Of a DNA stretch of 36,357 nt, positions 33,382-36,357 are shown in pieces; position 1 is the stretch's first letter, and the number at the start of each line of letters is the position of its first letter. Source of the DNA: Octopus bimaculoides (taxonomy: Eukaryota); NCBI RefSeq assembly GCF_001194135.2, contig NC_068988.1, positions 2,469,259 to 2,505,615 of the forward strand, read 5' to 3'. Below the pieces are notes generated by a model that made no database searches, had not been told where the DNA came from, and saw nothing but the letters and a program-made list of their open reading frames with translations. The position numbers and the translations under genes were made by a program.

Positions 33382-33597
33382 GTATATATTTGTGTGTCTG
33401 TATTTGTCCCCCCGCTATCTCTTGATATCCGACGTTGGCGTGTTTATGTCTCCATAACTTAGTGGTTCAGCAAAAGAGCCCGATATAATAAGTACTAGGC
33501 ATTCAAAGTATAAGTCCTGGAGTCAATTTGTTCGACTAAAGGCAGTGCTCCAGCATGGCCACAGTCAAATGACTGAATCAAATAAAAAAAATAAAAT
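33108..33597 (+). mobile_element. SINE family A, full length, expanded (TA)n
   Basis: AGGTGCAGGTGTGGCTGTGTGGTAAGAAGCTTGCT head; CTATAGCCTCGGGCCGACCAAAGCCTTGTGAGTGG core; (TA)n about 33273-33390; tail AATGACTGAATCAAATAAAA. Confidence 0.92.
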
Positions 33598-34246
33598 CTC
33601 CAATCTAAGAAATTAATCATATTTCCCGGTAAAGACAAAACAAAAAGGCAACCATATTCTCTTGAGGAGAATGAAGATGAGTTGCAGTGGTTGAGATAAA
33701 CGATGGGCTAAGATCATGCTCCAGTTGCTACCAAAAGTATTTTTCTATTGTAGATTATTTCAGTAAGAAATAGATGCTCAGTGTTCTGCAGGTCTGTGGA
33801 AAATGAACATCATTCTATGGCTGTGTGCAGAGTAACAGCCGAAGACTTCCAGTGGCATTTGCTACTCGTCCATATTGCCTCTTCCCCAGCACCATTGGAC
33901 TTATGAAAGAAGTAAGATGGTGTTGGTGCTGGTGTCTTGGTTTGCTAAACAACCACCATGGTGAATATTGTCATAGGAGGCATGGTCCATGCAGAGCCCG
34001 TCTCACTTTCTCATCCTTAGAGCTTGTATTGATCTGGTGTAACAAGTGCATCATGGATCAGGAAACGGGATTTGTATGGAATTATCTTCTCTTAGATGAG
34101 CAGCTAAAGAGCTGAAAGGCCTCACCTGCCCTTCATCCATTCTCAGATCTGTTCTGACCAGACCTGTGATAGTTTTATATTATAGGGTCACATAAGATAC
34201 TTCATCTGTTTTCTTACTTCAGTTTAATATAGAGCTCAGTTCATGC

Positions 34247-34288
34247 CTGACCCCTAATTGACTGTTTCTTCTCATCAGCTGAGGTCAG
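34247..34288 (-). ncRNA. Hammerhead-like motif with collapsed stem II
   Basis: Minus strand: CTGACCTC-ag-CTGATGA-gaa-GAAAC-a-GTC-aatta-GGGGTCAG. The flanking arms give an 8-bp stem I (one G.U). Confidence 0.45.
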
Positions 34289-35481
34289 TGTGGATGTATA
34301 GGTTGTGGTCAGGCTTAAGTGAGAGAACGATTGGAAGAGAGTGGTAATGAAATGGTGATAGGATGAGACTGAAGGTGTCAGAAGAAGTGGAAGCTGGTGC
34401 ATTGGAGAGAGAGAGAGAGAGAGCTTGGTGGAATGGTGTCGAGGGAAAAGAGGATGCAGTGTGTTGGATTTCAGATGCAGGGTGTAAAGGATGAAGAGTA
34501 GCTTGACAATGAAACCAACTTGATAAACATATACAATTGATAAGGGTGGGGGACAGGGTGGATAACAGCATTGAATAAAAAGACTGGCCATGTGTTGGGT
34601 CTGAGTCTCAAAGTCATGACTATGGCTACAGAGAAAGAGGAGAGAGAGGAACTTAGAGTAGGGTGTGCTAGGTGTAGGCGTGGTGGGAGGAGGGAAAAAA
34701 ACCAAGGTAGGGGTGGGAGTGAAGAGAAGTAGGGAGGGTGGAGATGGAATGGTGGACAGAGAGGATAAAGTGAAGAAAAGTGAAGGAATTATCAGAGATG
34801 AATGAAATGAAATGGAGAGATGAGTGATAAGACGACAAAGGAGACGAAAGAGTTTATGTCTCCATTGCAGAAAGAAATGGTTCAGATAGAATCAATAATA
34901 TAATGATTGTATAATGCTGGGGTGCCACAGTATAACACTGGGGTGGAGCCAGTGTCACACTATTGGTATAGTTCATTAACGAAAATGAGGAACAAAATTA
35001 TACAAATTGCAATAAATTTCAACTTATTTACTCTTACTTCCACTAATAAAAAAATTAGTTTCTGCTCATTAGACATAAAGCCCTATATCTGCAATAGAAA
35101 ACTAGGATTTTGGGATATTAAGTCTTTCTTCAAAAGATTTTGTAATGAAAGGGAAATGAATTGGCTTCAGGTTCTAACCAAGAATTTTAACTGGGTTACA
35201 AACTCCATTTACTGACAATGTAATTCCAGTCAAGAATTTCTTTGTTTAATCAAAGAAACCATAAAATATGACAATTCCATTGCTATTGCTTTGTTATTCC
35301 TTGTTTCTGTGAATATATTTGTACTATAGTGCTTACTGTAATTTCACCATTTTCGAATATCAAGTGGACATTACGGCAAGTCTTTACACATCAAGTTTCT
35401 CTGCTTTGTCTTCTGCACTGAGTTCATCATTTTGTTCAAGGCAATTTGACTGTTGCTAAGTCTCCTTATGCTGAATAATAA

Positions 35482-35482
<1 letters not shown>

Positions 35483-35514
<32 letters not shown>

Positions 35515-35575
35515 CGACGACGACGACGACGATGATGATGATGATGATGATGATGATGATAATAAAGATAATAAT
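35483..35575. repeat. Compound trinucleotide array (AAC)n-(GAC)n-(GAT)n-(AAT)n
   Basis: Direct inspection. Confidence 0.95.
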
Positions 35576-35580
35576 ACAAA

Positions 35581-36172
35581 ACACAATGCGAATACAAAAG
35601 ACACCATGACAATGTGACATAAATGATCCATTAGAAGCTCTGTGGAAATCATGGCCTACAAAGAGCAAAGACATGATATGAGCAAACCCCAGAAGAAGTC
35701 ACCAAAAATGAGAACTGCAAAATCCTGTGTGATGCAATAATCCAGTATGATCACCTGACCATACATGATAAACCTAGTGTTGCTGTGGTGAATAAAAAAG
35801 AAAGAACATTTATGATAATCGACATAGCATGCCCCGGTGACAACAGGATCAATGTGAAAGAAGAAGAAGAAATAAACAACTATGATGATTTGAAGTGGGA
35901 AATACGAAAGTTGTGGTCAAAAAAGAGAGTAGATGTGATTCCAATAATAATTGGTTCTCTTGGAAGTATCAACACTCAACTACTAACTTGGCGGGAAAAG
36001 ATTGGTGCAACTGTGAAGGTAGAACACCTACAAAAATCAGCATTGCTTGGAACTGCAAGAATTCTTCAGAGGGTTCTTGAAGGATGACAACTAAACAAGT
36101 GTTTCTTTAGTCTGCTGGCACTTTTCATCATACCAAGCAAAATAAGCTGTGAGTTTTTATATAATAATAATC

Positions 36173-36203
<31 letters not shown>
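35581..36203 (+). pseudogene. 5'-truncated RLE-type non-LTR retrotransposon (R4/Dong-like): C-terminal restriction-like endonuclease region, 3' UTR and (TAA)n
   Basis: Single frame 35581-36087 with three stops: TQCEYKRHHDNVT*MIH*KLCG...T*YEQTPEEV.KNENCKIL.D...DKPSVAVVNKKERTFMIIDIACPGD...KEEEEINNYDDLKWEIRKLW...VIPIIIGSLG...LQKSALLGTARILQRVLEG. UTR to about 36158, then a TAA array. Confidence 0.9.
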
Positions 36204-36204
<1 letters not shown>

Positions 36205-36357
36205 TTTAGCTGTCCCAGTTATAAGCTACAGCTACAACATCCTTAACTGGACACTAAACGAACTATGTAAAATAGACAGGAAAACAAGAAAAATAATGAC
36301 AGGATATAGGATGCACCACCCAAAATCTGACAAAGAAAGGCTATATATACAACGCAC

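Overview
Repeat-saturated, AT-rich eukaryotic non-coding DNA (intronic or intergenic) with seven N-gaps. The repeat content looks like an octopus (coleoid cephalopod) draft assembly; this is an inference from recalled repeat families, not a search result. No intact protein-coding gene can be supported, and almost all ORFs in the track are microsatellite artefacts. The recognisable coding remnants are retrotransposon fragments: an RTE-clade LINE reverse transcriptase (29982-31130, minus), a second RTE-type 3' end with a C2H2-type finger (21703-21885, minus), and the restriction-like endonuclease end of an R4/Dong-type element sitting in a TAA array (35581-36203, plus). At least three tRNA-headed SINE families (labelled A, B, C here) are present in many copies, plus a TTAA-ended piggyBac-type MITE and several unclassified repeats. 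The main unexplained signal is a set of minimal type I hammerhead-ribozyme-like motifs (CTGANGA / stem II / GAAAC / palindromic stem III / GTH) in several unrelated short repeat families. One sits in a composite unit with a tRNA-like head folded into a 44-bp hairpin (4290-4840). Another sits in a 200-bp insertion flanked by a perfect 13-bp target-site duplication (28696-28921). The most intact copy is at 10026-10068. Family labels are my own and element boundaries are approximate.
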